Source of the DNA: Carcharhinus amblyrhynchos
Taxonomy: Eukaryota
Length of the DNA: 64,000 nucleotides
Assembly (NCBI GenBank): GCA_965287045.1
Contig: OZ336872.1
Span: 33,728,001 to 33,792,000 of the forward strand
Reading direction: 5' to 3'
The position numbers and the translations under genes are program-made. Below, piece after piece: positions 36,621-49,634 of this stretch. Numbering within the stretch: the stretch's first letter is position 1; the number at the start of each line of letters is the position of its first letter. Below the pieces are notes generated by a model that worked only from the letters and a program-made list of their open reading frames with translations, had not been told where the DNA came from and ran no database searches.

Positions 36621-38654
36621 TATCGCTCTGTGCCAAGTTGTACAAATTGTGGAGCAATGTGGGAGCAAAACTCAAGCCCCGTTGACAGAGGCTTAGCCTC
36701 CTGTAACGTAAGAAAAACATTTTCCCACATCGAGTGGTTGAGGCCTGGAACATACTCTTTGGGAGTGTGGCGAAGGCAGGTTCAATCAAGGCATTCAGGA
36801 GGCATTAGATGATTATTTAAATAGAAACAGTGTGCAAGGGTACACGGAAAAGAGTGGAGGAGTGGCATTAAGTCATAATGCTCATTTGGAGAGCCAGAGC
36901 AGACAGGAAGGGCTAATTGGCCTCTTTCTGTGCTATAACAATTCTGTGATTCTGGAAACAACTTACTTGTCAAGTTTCCAACAACTATTTAGAAAGTTTA
37001 ATGAGTTTCCAATATCCTACAGATTCTTCTGTTTTTTATGTTCAGTTTCTTTAAAGCGCAGTTGTGAAGGAAGTGATTATCGAGTGACAGCTATCACCCA
37101 CAAGCTCTGGCAGCCTCAAGGATCAAGGCTGTTGGCTTGCTCAGTAAACTTGGCACTAGACAATTCAGTTCAGCATTGCTCATTAACATTGGGACTTGTG
37201 CAATATTTTAAATACTTTAGATGTTCAAGAGCAAGATTGAATTTGGGAACCTGCTTCTACATTGTTACCGTATATTTGTGAAATATTTTATATCTGATGT
37301 TAGTGAAATGGAAAATCAATTCTAGATTTTATGCTGACAAAGTTTTGACTGTATCACATCTTGATGGAAATTGGAACTATGAGGAAACATTAGATAGGCT
37401 GGGATTGTTTCCCTAAGAACAGAGGAGGCTGAAGGGTGAATTATTTGAGATGTGCAAAATTATGAGCAGCCTAGATCGGGTAGACAGGAAGGGCCTATTT
37501 TCCCTAGCTAGAGGTCAGTTACCAGGAAGCATAGATTTAAGGTGATTGGTAGAAAAATTAGAGGGTATGTGAGGAAAATTCTTTTCACCCAGGGAGTGGT
37601 GGACATCTGGAGTTCACTGCCCAAATTAGTGGTTGAGACTAATTATGCTCAAAATATGCACTTAAAAGGTATCTCGAATAGCATCTGAATGTAACCTGCA
37701 AGGCTACAGACAAGGGCTGGAAAATGGCATTAAAATGAGCACCTTTTTTTTTCCTATTTTTTGGCCAGCGTACTCACAGTAGGCTGAATGGACACTTTCT
37801 CTACAATAACTTTTCTCTGGTTCTATGGTTAACAGCTGAGAGGAGGACTGGTGTGTTAAGCAGATGCTATGCTCCCATTTGTACATTGCAGAGAAACTGT
37901 GGGATAATAAGAATAAGAAAAAAATATTTTCCAGTATGGGGGTATCCATCAAAACAACGTGGACATTGGCTGGGACTTCACTGAAAGCCATTGAGGCTCA
38001 ACATATTAAATAAAAGTGAATGTCCTTGCATAATTTGAATTTGCTAGCAAGCTATAACCTGCCTTTAAACAGAGAGAGCTACATGCAACAATTATGGTTT
38101 CATTACTGCAGTAAGACAGAATTTCTACCAATGGAATAATGCAAAAGACCTATATGTTTTGGCTAAAAATTGGACTTTGATAACTGTGGAATAAATTACA
38201 CTAACTCTTCTTGTTGCATTTACTTATTTTACTGCAGCTTTATCAGACTAATACACAGAAGACATTGATTTATCTGTTCATGTATCTTAATCCAATCGTA
38301 ATGCCTGGCGGATAATGGCTTTGCACTATGCCATACTTACATTGGATCTTCAAGTATATTTCTAACTTTCTAAATTTGGACTAATTCAATTTCAATGGGC
38401 AAGGACATTCTTTTTTGAATGGATGGGTGGTTGTTGATTTTTTCGACTATTTTGGTTAGTATTGAGCAGGATTGTCTTCTTTGAACTCCAGCTAATGTAG
38501 TTAGAGTAGGCGTGTGATCATTTAAAATAATCAAATGGTTACATTCTATTGCCTCCACGATTTGGTATTTTTAAGGTTGTTTCACTCTAATTGATCCTAC
38601 AATGTATTAATTGAATATACAATCAGTAATTTGTCTCTTTGTATCCCAACATAG

Positions 38655-38763
38655 GAAGCAATTATCAATCATGTCTCCCTGGATAAACTCTACCTGTTTC
38701 GCGTTCAGGCTGTGTGTCAGAATGATCTGCGGAGTGATTTTAGCCAGACAATGCTGTTTCAAG
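38655..38763 (+). CDS. PTPRG: PTPRG exon, C-terminal part of the FN3 domain (phase 0 to 1)
   Basis: catag| ... CAAG|gtaagt. Translates [36 protein letters not shown], matching [27 protein letters not shown]. Phase joins the previous exon. Not visible in the ORF track. Confidence 0.95.
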
Positions 38764-41369
38764 GTAAGTCGACATGAGAAAAATAATCAAATTCTGAATT
38801 GTTCACGTATCAAAACATTTCTGGCCAACAAAACCATAAGGTGCTAGTTACTTACAATGCTCCTGCCTTTCCATTTCCACCACTGGTCTTTGTTACCCCT
38901 ATTCTAAGGTTCATTTCCTATATGGAATTGAACAAATTCGATTAGTTTGTAAGCATGTATATATTTAAAATTCCATGGCCTAACAGCCTGTGAATTTCTG
39001 AGATTCAACAGCTGTTTGCAAAGCACAACAGGAACTCTTTAAAGAAAAACAGGCAATAATAAGCAACTCATTATCTGCACTGCAAATAACACAGGAAAAA
39101 ATAATTACGTCTTGAGGGATTTGTAAATTCACTTTAAAACAGAAGGATAATCTGCAGTTTATTACAAAAATCCGACAATTTATAAATGTGAGGAGATGGT
39201 GTTAAAACAGTGTTCCTGGAAGAAATAATGCTGTTTATAATGCAGAACTGGTGGTCTTCTGGCGATTCTGAGCCAGAAGCTATGGCTTCGAGTTCCACTC
39301 CAGGATTCAGTGGTCTTAATGTGACCCAAACAGGTTGATTATTAACCTGCAAATCCTTGCAATATCCCTATGGCAGGTGGCAGGGGTGAGAGAGTCCTCT
39401 GTTCAGCCAGAACCTGCAGAAGGTAATAGCAAAGCACTACAGTAGCTTGCCAAGCATAACTATGGACCGACACATGGACATCCATGGTCATTAATTTCCT
39501 CTTAGGACATGGTACCTGAAGAGAGAGCAAGAGAGAGAGAGAGAGAATGCAGTACTGAAATAAAAGGAATACTGGGAAACTGAGACAAAAATAAGAATGA
39601 CTCAATGTGGTAATGAAACCAGGTCCATCTGATGCTGCCTCTCCATTTCCACTACCAATTTTTGATATCCCTATTTTAAGGTTATTTCCCATGTGATGAG
39701 AGGATTGCACAAATCTAATCAATTTGTAGTATAAAAATACTGAAAATTCTGTAGGACATGGAAAATAATGGAATGTGATTTGTGGAAAAGTGAGTTCCAC
39801 CAAATGTTAGTGTTAAATTGTTGGGACAAATATTTACAAATGGTTACGTTTTATATTTCTGATAGTACAGTGTGGTGTTTGGATATTGGTAGGAATGAAG
39901 AGCAAAACTCAAGAGACTTGCAAAGTATTCTGCACTCTGAGCATATTATTTGGCCCTCAACCAACACCCAGATGTTGTTTACTTTTCATAAAGCACACTA
40001 TTTGACACTGCGTGTTGAACCTATTTTAGAGCTATTAGAGTTTGTGTTTCTATGGTTATTCCATATTTGTTGCTAGGAGTCTTATAAAACACTGTAGGCG
40101 GAATTCCCCCACTCCCCCACCCGTGGAATGTTTCTGGCAATAGAGGCGACTTGCCACTACCTTCCAGCAGAATATTGCCATTCTGCCAATGTCTACAGCA
40201 TTTTGTGTGGCTCACTGTCCTGCTGCTGGAGAACTCTGTGGTGGGGGTGGGAGGTCATCTTTGTCAGGACTGGAAGATCCCACTGGCAGAAAGGGCTGGA
40301 AAATCCCACTCTGTATCTTACAATGGGCAATGACCACAATAATCTCACCTAATGAGAAAAAATAGTTTTCCTGAAAACTAATAAAAATTTCCAAATATCT
40401 TCAAGAAATAGTTGTAATTTACATATTTGAACAACAGTTTTCGAAATGTGAACAAACCAATGAAATTGTTAGCTGGCATGGAAACAATGGAAAATCTCAG
40501 TGTTCATTTTATAGTAAAGTCTTCATCTATATCCCTCGGTCTTGATTTACTGGAGTATAAGTGACCCATATCATCCTCCAACTGCATCCCTCCTCTTTCC
40601 AATTCTGCCTTGCCTATAACTCATAATGACATTTTTTATTTTTGTCAAATCCAAGTTTTAGTAATGGAATAGTTGTATTATGAAATGACAAAAATGTAGT
40701 TATCGGTCTCTTGCAGATGTATTCTACACTATGATAAAGCTGTGCTTGAAAACATATTGGGCTTTGTAAATGGCATATAAATAACATTGCTTCTGGAACT
40801 AGATAGATGTCTGATGGTGGCTACCCGGACAGAGGGTGAGGGACAAATGAAGTGAATTGAAATCAGATTCAAATTGATGTGTAGCAACCTGGTTTTAAAA
40901 ACAGAAACACGAGACATAAAATTCAAAAGACAGTTCCAGTTAAATGGAAGCAGTTGTTCAGAGCAAGGTTGAAATGATGTGTAAAAGGGCACCATTGTCA
41001 TGCATTCAATGATTGAAGAATTCATAAAAAGCAACACAGTTTAAGTTGCAAATGTTCAAACATTTGTGTGTAAACATGGGGTGGAAACTGAACTAGGTTC
41101 AGTTCTGCTTCTTCTAATGTTGAGTATTATATCAGCATGCTCACCAGCACTTACTTCGTCCCTGCAACTGTAACTCAGCAAGGTCAACAAACAATGGCCT
41201 GGGAAAAAACAGAAAAATGCTTATATGGAAAGGGTACATTGGCTCCCAGTGTTCTTAAAGTTTGGAGTCTTACAGTTAACAAATGAGCGAGGGAATTAAG
41301 CAGGATTATGAATAATTATTTCATTTATTTCAGGTTTTCTATAAACGATAGTGAGAGAAAATGTACTTA

Positions 41370-43255
41370 CCTTTAATTTTCACATTCTCAGGATGGCTTG
41401 CAGCAAATGGAACACTGCCATTGTACAAATATAGGTAAACATGATAGCCAATTTGGACAGAGCAATGCCCCACAAACAGCAATGAGATAGATAATCGATT
41501 AGTCTATTTTGATAATGTTGGTTCAAAGATTAGTGTTGGCCAGGGCATTGAGAGAACACTACACTTCTTCAGTTAGCTCCATGGGATCATTTACGTCTAC
41601 CTGTAGCTGAGGGCAGTATAATGCAATATATGTTAACATCTAATCCAGAGCTGTGGGTTGGGAGACAAGATTTTGGCGTTGAATTCCAAGGCAGCAACAG
41701 CTGCCATGGAGCATGGACTGAATGCTAACAACTGGCAGGCCCCTTTAAATCATTGAGTTTTTTTTTCTAATGGTGGGTGTAACTTAACAGACAAATTCAG
41801 ACCTCATTGCTGCAAAAAATGGTTGTGATGAAGTGGGCGTTTAAAAAAAACCCTACAGTTTAAACACTCCCCACTCTCGCTCAATAACTGCCCTCCCCCC
41901 ACCCCCCCAGTTTTTCTCTCTGGGTTCACACAAAGTCTGGGGCTTTAAAACAGGACCATGCTGGGATAAAGTTGGGAAGCATTAATGTAATTCAAAGGCA
42001 TCAGGCTGGATTTTCACTAAAATTTTCCTGACATGGCAGACCGGTCTCCTTTAAAAGGGCCTCACCCAACATATTTTCATTCTGAGGAGCCGGGGGATGG
42101 GATGGAATTGGGCCCTTCATCTCCAGAGACAGTTCAGAAGTGGCTCCATCGGTGATGAGTGCCGAAGTGGGCTGATTACAAGGCCTCCTTTGGTTCTCTG
42201 CAGCTTTGGCTCAGTTCCATTAAAGGCTGTTTGGCCTGCTGGCCTTCATCTCTCACACTCCACCCATCCCCCCATTCTTCTTCATACACCCATGACCGCT
42301 TATTTGCCCATTCTGTCTTCATACTCCTAGCCTGCAGCCACTCACCCAATATCCACTTCATGCAAATGACAGGAGCCATGTGGAGATGGAAAGAAAATTC
42401 TCATAAGCTAATCAAGATCTTATTCAAACATGCTTTATCCTCAAAAACTCATTCAGGAAACTCATTCAATAAATTTAAATCCCCTCAATTGGCCAATCTG
42501 TTGTTAAAAACAAACATCCAACTATATAAAAGATAGCTAATCCTTTAATAACCTCTTAAACCTGTTAATCAAAATGTCTGTATAGTCCCCTCTAAGATAA
42601 GTGATTCTGGACCTCTTAAAAGTCGGCCAAGCATTCATAGTAGGCTCAGTAAGAACAACAAATCTTAGGAAATATAAATAATGGAATCTCAAATTGTAAA
42701 AACTGATGGCTAATTTTTTTCTCTAATACAGATGACCTGTCGATCAATGCACTTTAGTAGGAGGTGTTTGGTCTTTTTTTGCACTAAAGCAAAAGATGCA
42801 GACTGTTCTTTATTAATTTAAAAAATCATTTCAGATCAAGATACTTGAAGCTTCCCTTCACAAATGTTCACACTTGTTCCATAGAATTGTCATTTCTAAG
42901 ACCCTTAGAACAGCAAAGATGGGGTTTCTATGAATCAGTATTAGTTTCAAATGGCCCAACATTGTATCATTTCACAATTGTGTGATTCATGAACTACCCC
43001 TTCTCCTGATGGTGAAAAATGGAACGAGACAGAAATGACACTGGACCCTCTCTTTCGGGTCCCGCCCACCATTTTGAAAGATCTGCTGAGTTGTCTTGAC
43101 ATGTCGAAAATCCAGCCCATCATCTTCAATCTGCAACTTGTCCTCTGTAATCCACTGAAGTATCAGCCTGCATTATGTGCTCGAGACTCTGTATGGGGTT
43201 GAATTCACAACTTCCTGATTCCTCAGTGTGTTACCACTAAACCAAGGATGACACA
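41370..43255 (-). mobile_element. Deu-domain SINE (AmnSINE1/SacSINE1-like) split into 41370-41650 and 43140-43255
   Basis: gccaatttg..cccacaaacagcaatgagata..ttggccagg..ccatgggatcatttacgtctacctg, continuing ~1.5 kb later with tcagcctgcattatgtgctc..ttgaattcacaac. Confidence 0.7.
42003..43119. mobile_element. Non-autonomous TIR element
   Basis: ggctggattttc ... gaaaatccagccc termini. Lies inside a split Deu-SINE. Confidence 0.5.
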
Positions 43256-44151
43256 AGGTGTACAGCCTAGATATATAGGTCTTGGAGAAAATGTGTGTTG
43301 AGAATGCTAAATAAACATATAATTCCGTTGCATATGGAATGTTTGAATGTCTGTTTTCAAAGGGCTACATCACACGACCTCAGCACACTGGTCCTATTGT
43401 AGTCATACAGACACTGTCATCCTTACATGGCAAGTCCAGTGCCAGTGTCGTTACTCAGTTCATTTTTCTTAAGGATTGTCCTGCCTCGTGTTGAAGCAGG
43501 TGTAAACTTGTGATTATTGTAGATCAATTGTCATTCTGACAGTTTGCTGCAGTTTGATTTAGATTCAGAGACATTTCTCCCATATTTTGTTCACTTTTGC
43601 ACAAGTCAGGCCTGGAATGTCGATGGGGAATTTTAATGCCAAGGATGGGTAGACAGGTGGAAGGCTTGAGAAACATTCTCAAACTTGACCTGAAACAGCC
43701 TTGAACCCACTCATTTAACAGAGACAGTATTGAAGGTCATCTCAACACCATCTCATGAGATCAGTAAAATCCTTTAAAGAGGCTGCATACTCCAGGTTTT
43801 ATCAGTAATTAAAGACAGGTCTGAAGATCCATGAGGTAGTTCCCACAAATTCAGGCTCCTACCCAGTCTCCAAATTTCCAGACGATCCTTCAATCTCTGC
43901 TTGTCCCCATTCACCCATAGATTGCTTACATCTTTTTCATTGTCTGTCACTGTTCACAGCCCCCACAATCTGCAATTCCTCATTCCCATCGCCACAATCT
44001 CCAACTGATACAATCACTCCCCCATATTCTCCAACTGCTCACCAGCCCTTTCACAATCTCTGATTGCTTACATTGGCTCACTCCCCCACCACCACCCCCC
44101 CACCCCCAACCCCACCAATGCAAGGGTGCATCCATCTCCCATATACCACCA

Positions 44152-44274
44152 ACTATATCTGAAGTCCTTGGCACATATGATGGCAATTTCTCTCAAGGCT
44201 ATAGATCAGCAGAGATTTAGTTCCAGGTCTCTGCAACCAGCTCGACAAATACCTTCAACCAACCTTCACTACCA
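44152..44274 (+). repeat. Direct repeat of 45193-45315
   Basis: Shared tggcaattt..tcaag.ctatagatcagca..tagttccag..caaccaaccttcactacca. Confidence 0.85.
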
Positions 44275-45354
44275 ATGGCTGCCAAAGTCACCTACTTCTT
44301 CAGTTTCTATGTCTCTTTTTCCTACCTGGATAATCTGCCACCTAGTCTATCTGAAGATCCTGGCAACCAAAAATTGAGCAATTTGCTTTGAGGCTCCATA
44401 TCATGTGGTGCTAGTACCAGATCTCTGCACCCATTTGTGCCTTATAAAAATTGATAGATCATTTTGTTAATTGGTACATTTTCTTTCCATAGGATTGCAG
44501 CAACAGCATGAGGCAATTGTCCAATACAGTTATCACACTACTACTTTTCCCAAAGTAAAACTTTGTTTCTTTTGTGCAGCCTCCAGTGATTCCTGTAAGG
44601 ATTGCTGGCTAGGTTATTAAAACCTGCCATAACTAAATGGACTGTGCATTGTGTGCAGACCAACCATTTGCAACTCACAGTTGCAATCAGGGTACTATAG
44701 CTCTCAGCCAGAAACAGCCTGGTCTTATTTACACTACTTGAAGGTGGCATCAGTGATAACTACAAACTTTCCTATGAATATTAAATATCATTTAAGTTTT
44801 AGCTGAAAAATGGGCAATCAGCAATTGAAAGTCATTGCAAGTATTTCCTCTTTCCAGACACTAAATGCTGTTCAGGTACTGCAGGATCCACTTGCCTGTC
44901 TCCATATTTATTTTGCTACCACTAGCTTTTGTCAGACATTTTATTGCATTATACAGTCTATATTGAATGGTGGAGCAAGCTCAATGGATGAAATGACTTA
45001 TTGCTGGTTCTCTATTTCTTTTGATCTTATTATGATCTTAGTAATGGGACAGGAGGGAACTGTACCAATGAGACAGGATCCACCTGAACTGGACTGGGAC
45101 CAGGATCCTTGTGGAAAACATAAATAGGGCAGACATAAGGACCCTAAACTAGTAAATAGGGAAAGGGGCTCAGGTGAAGGATTTAATTACCCACTGTACC
45201 TGAAATCCTTGACTCACATGGTGGCAATTTGTTTCAAGACTATAGATCAGCATAGAGCTAGTTCCAGATTTTTCTTATCAGCTGCACAAGTACTTCCAAC
45301 CAACCTTCACTACCAGATAGTAATCATTTGAAAACAAAAAGGAAAGCTGTGGTT

Positions 45355-46890
45355 TTAAGTCAGTCAGATTTGTAGGACACGACCTACCCTTTACAAACCT
45401 ATGCTGGCTCTTTCTGACCAGCTGAATGTTTTGACAGTGTTTGGTCATACTACCCTCAATTATGGATTCTAGTAATTTCCTGACCACAGATGTTAGACTA
45501 ACTGGTCTATAATTTCCTGGCTCTCCCTTCTAACCTTTTTCGAATAGTGGAGTGATGTGCAATTTTCCAGTCTAAAGGAACTGTTCCTGAATTGAGAGTA
45601 CTTTGTAATATCATAGTTAGGATATCAGTAAAGCGCTTGCCTATTTTCTTTCAAAACCTGGGATAGAAGCTATCTGGTCCTGGGGATTAAGAACAAAGAA
45701 CAGTACTGCACAGTTCTCTATAACCCACCAAGTCTGTGCCAACACAGATGTCTTTCTAATCTAATATTTTCTTGCCTCTACATAATTCATATCCCTCTAT
45801 TCCCTGTCTATTCACATATCTATCCAGATGCCTCTTGAATATTGTTATAGAAACTGCTTCCACCAACTCCTCCAGCAGCGCATTCCAGGCATTCACCACC
45901 CACTGTATGGAAAAACTTGACCCTTACATCCCTTTTAAACTTTCCCCCTCTCACTTTCAACCTATGCCCTCGAGTAATTGACCCTTCAACCCTGGGAAAA
46001 AGACCCTGACTATCCATTCTATCCAAGCCTGTCATAATCTTGCAAACCTCTATCACGTACCCCCTCATCCTCTGACATTCCAATGAAAACAATCCAAGTT
46101 TGTTCAGTCTTTCTTCATAGTCCATATTCTCCAAAGCAGGCAACATCTTGGTAAATCTCTTCTGCACCCTTTCCAATGCAGCAACATCCTTCCAATAGTG
46201 TGGCAACCAGAATTGTGCACACTTCTCCAAATGCGGCCGAGCCAACATCTTGTATAGTTGCAATATGATTTTCCAATTCCTACACTCAGCGCCCCGACTG
46301 ATGGAAGCCAGCATGCCAAACGCCTTCTTGACCACCTTGTCCACCTGAGTTGCCACCTTCAAGGAACTGTGGATCTACATGCCTAGATCCGATTGTGTGC
46401 TAACATTTTTAAGGGCTCTACCATTTACTGTATACTTCCCTTCTGTAGTAGACCTTCCATATTGCATCACCTCACATTTGTACAGGCTAAATTCCATCTG
46501 CCATCTTTCGGCCCAGGTCTCCAGCCGATTTATATCCCACTGTATCCTTTGACAGAACTCCTCACTATCCGCTACCCCTACAAATTTTTTTATCTGTAAA
46601 TTTACTAATCAGACCACCTACATTTTCTGTATTACAAACAACAGAGCCCCCAGCACTGATCCTTGTGAAACACTGCTTGTCACAGGCCTCCAGTTAGAAA
46701 AATACCCTTCCATTGCTACTCTCTGCTTCCTATGTCCAAGCTAGTTTTGTATGCATTTTACCGGCTCACCTCGGATTCCATATGACTTTGCCTTCTGTAT
46801 CAGCCTGCCATGAGGGACCTTCTCAAAGGCTTTACTAAAATCCATGTATACAAAATCCATTGCCCTACTCAGGACATTTTTTTGTCATTT
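45355..46890 (-). mobile_element. Nested CR1 ORF2 fragments
   Basis: ORF 45820..46362 (KKAFGMLA..LYKMLARPHLEKCAQFW..YEERL.KLGLFSLE..TRGH) and ORF 45278..45487 (SQHRFVKGRSCPTNL). Confidence 0.9.
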
Positions 46891-47599
46891 CCTCTGTTGA
46901 TTCTGTTGTTTAACTCATTAACAAATTTCCCAAGTTTACCATGGACAGTCTCTATTTTGTCCCCTTGCAGCTAGCCTTATCTAAATCTAGATCTCGAATC
47001 TTAGGTTCCAGTAAAGAAGAATCATTTGCATGTGAGCCTTTGTGTGATTTTTGTTTATTCATTCGTGGGACATGGGCAGGGCTAGCTGGCCAGCACTTAT
47101 TCCCCCATCCCTAGATGCTCTTGAGAATGTGGTGGTGAGCTGCTGCCTTGAAACACTGCAGTCCAATGAGTCCAAGTGAGGGCCAATGGATAGTTATTGA
47201 GTGGTTAATTGTAAGTCGAAACAAATGGATGCCAGTTCATGGGCTTTACAACATAAGAGTAGAAGACAATATCTGACACTGCCTAGCTGCAGCATTCTGA
47301 GTCTTTTGTGTGTGCTTACTTCCTCCAGAACAGACCATACCGAGTTCTGATTGCATAATTTTAATCAAGTATGACCAAATGACTTGCATAATGTTAATTA
47401 TAAACATTACCTTGCAATCTGTCTTTTTAAACAGATCAAATGTATGTTGCTGAATATGTTTTCACCACCAACCAATTATGACCAGGAGATACATTTATTT
47501 TATATTTTCAAAATGGCTTCTTTTATAACTTTTTTATTCGTAAATTCATTTATTTTGATTCATTTTTTACATTAAAAGTTGTATTTGTTACTTTTCCAG

Positions 47600-47649
47600 C
47601 CAACACAACTAGAATATTTGAAGGAACCAGGATTATAAAAACAAGAATG
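47600..47649 (+). CDS. PTPRG: PTPRG 50-nt exon (phase 1 to 0)
   Basis: cttttccag| ... ATG|gtaagt. Translates (A)NTTRIFEGTRIIKTRM, matching recalled PTPRG ANTTRIF.GTRIVKTG. Confidence 0.93.
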
Positions 47650-47929
47650 GTAAGTGTAGAAATTAATCTTCTATCCCTAAAAGGCATCATGTTAATAACA
47701 CGTTATCTCCAGAGATGCATGCAGGAAAAATGGGAAGAAATTATATCACTGTCCACCTGTGAACAGTTACAAGACACAGCAGCTAAGCATTACTGATTTT
47801 TTCTTTTCATCCCAAATAGCAACTTTATTGTCTGAACTGCTATTGGTAACAGTGCTGCAATATAAATGAGGTAATGTGGCAGTCACTGGAGATGTTCAGT
47901 TTGCAGCTTGCTGAAACTGCAGGGAAAGG

Positions 47930-48200
47930 ACATACAAACATATGAATTAGGAGCAGGAGTAGGCCAATCAGCCCTTCGAGCCTGTTCTGCCATTCAATAA
48001 AATCATGGCTGATCTATTAATTTCAAATCTACATTCCTGCCTACTCCAATAACCTTTCATCGTCATGCTTATCAAGAATTATCTACCTCTGCCTTAAAAA
48101 CATTCAAATTTTTTGCCTCTATTATCCTTTGAGGAAGAGAGTTCCAAAGACTTATGACCCTCTGAGAGAAAAAATATCTTCTTAAATGTACTATCTTTTA
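47930..48200 (-). mobile_element. CR1 3' end
   Basis: aggagcaggagtaggcc..cccttcgagcctgttctgccattcaat is the reverse complement of the CR1 3' UTR seen at 33810-33870. Confidence 0.8.
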
Positions 48201-49619
48201 TTTTTCAACAGCATTTTCTCTAGGACAGTTGTTAAGCTCATGGCCCATGGTTTCCTAATTTTTGACTTCCCTTTTTGTGTAAAGGGGTTACATTCGCTAT
48301 TTATGAATCTAATGGAATCTTCCTCAAATCTATTCAAGTTTGGAAAACTAAAGCCAATGCATCAACTATTTCACTAGCCATTTCTTTGTAGACCCTAGGA
48401 TGATACAAATCCCACTGCATGCACTTCAAAACTTTCATCCACCCTGTTTCTTATATTTGAAACCTGAGGGCTCCAGAGCTTCTCACTGACAGTGAAGGCT
48501 TGTGTTGCTCGATCATTCCATTTTGTCACTCAGAAGTCGTGTGATCTTTCTATTCTGAGAGATTACTGATAAAATACAATTCAATTGCACCTCTAGCATG
48601 AAATAATTGTATTGAATAATATCATGCACCCAGGCAGGAGAATGTCTTCTACTTGTGCAGAATAGAAAAGATGTTGTGCAATTTTTGTGGTTGCAAGTAT
48701 TGAATCTTTGCTCCAGATATGAATTTGTGTTCATATGGTGTAAGATGCAGAATATATTGAGAGTGGAAACTTGTTACTGAAGCTGTTAGTGAAATCAGTA
48801 TTAATGTCTGCACAGTTGTGTAGGTTAGTGGATTAGCCATGGTAAATACACAGGGATAGGGTGGTGGTGGGGGGAGATAAAGGGGTAGACTTGTGCAAGA
48901 TGCCACTTCAGAGTGCAGACTCGAAGGGCTAAATGGCCTCTTTTCTGCATTATAAATAATGAATTAGGTATTTTCCTGTCAAATTGACAATATTGCAGAA
49001 TATTGTTAAAGTAAAATTTGTATTTCCCTGGTTTGTTATCAACTATAGGGCACGCACAAACTAATACTGCATTAATATTGTTTCTGCTCTTAATATTGGT
49101 GACTCATGTTGCATATATATCAGGCAATACTTGTCATCAGATGATAACAATGGGCATCATAATTTTACTCGGAACTGTCTGTGATTCTGTGGTGAATTGA
49201 TTGGTGAATCTTGAAAGGGGAAACAACATTGCACATAATTCAGGGGGATGGGTAAAGTGGGTGGGGGAGAATAAGGGGCCTGAAACAGAAAAAGTATCAA
49301 GGTCCATCTCCTTGCACCCCCAATGCCTCTATGAAAAGACATTTGAAATTTAAAGTTGTGCTTTTCATAAGGATTTAAAATGCAAATTTGTCATTCTCAG
49401 GGAAACAGAATGGTCATCGTTGAACAATTTAACAAACTCCTTTTAATATTTTGCAGTTACATTTCAATTGCAAGTTCAGAAATGAACTTGGGTAAAATAA
49501 TATTGTTAAGAAACAACAGATTTTAAATTAACCAGAAATATATCTAATGTGTATTTAATGGCTTTAACTTGCTGAATACCTTTGAGGATTTTTGTGTGTT
49601 TTGTTTCCTTCAAGGTTCA

Positions 49620-49634
49620 CCAGCAGATGGCAGC
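49620..49634 (+). promoter_or_regulatory. CTCF core motif
   Basis: CCAGCAGATGGCAGC matches CCASYAGRKGGCRS in otherwise AT-rich unique DNA. Confidence 0.5.

Noticed and set aside
35771-38175. Long-TIR (foldback) transposon interpretation of the inverted repeat
   Set aside because: The sequence between the arms continues the CR1 located outside the left arm, which is incompatible with a single mobile unit.
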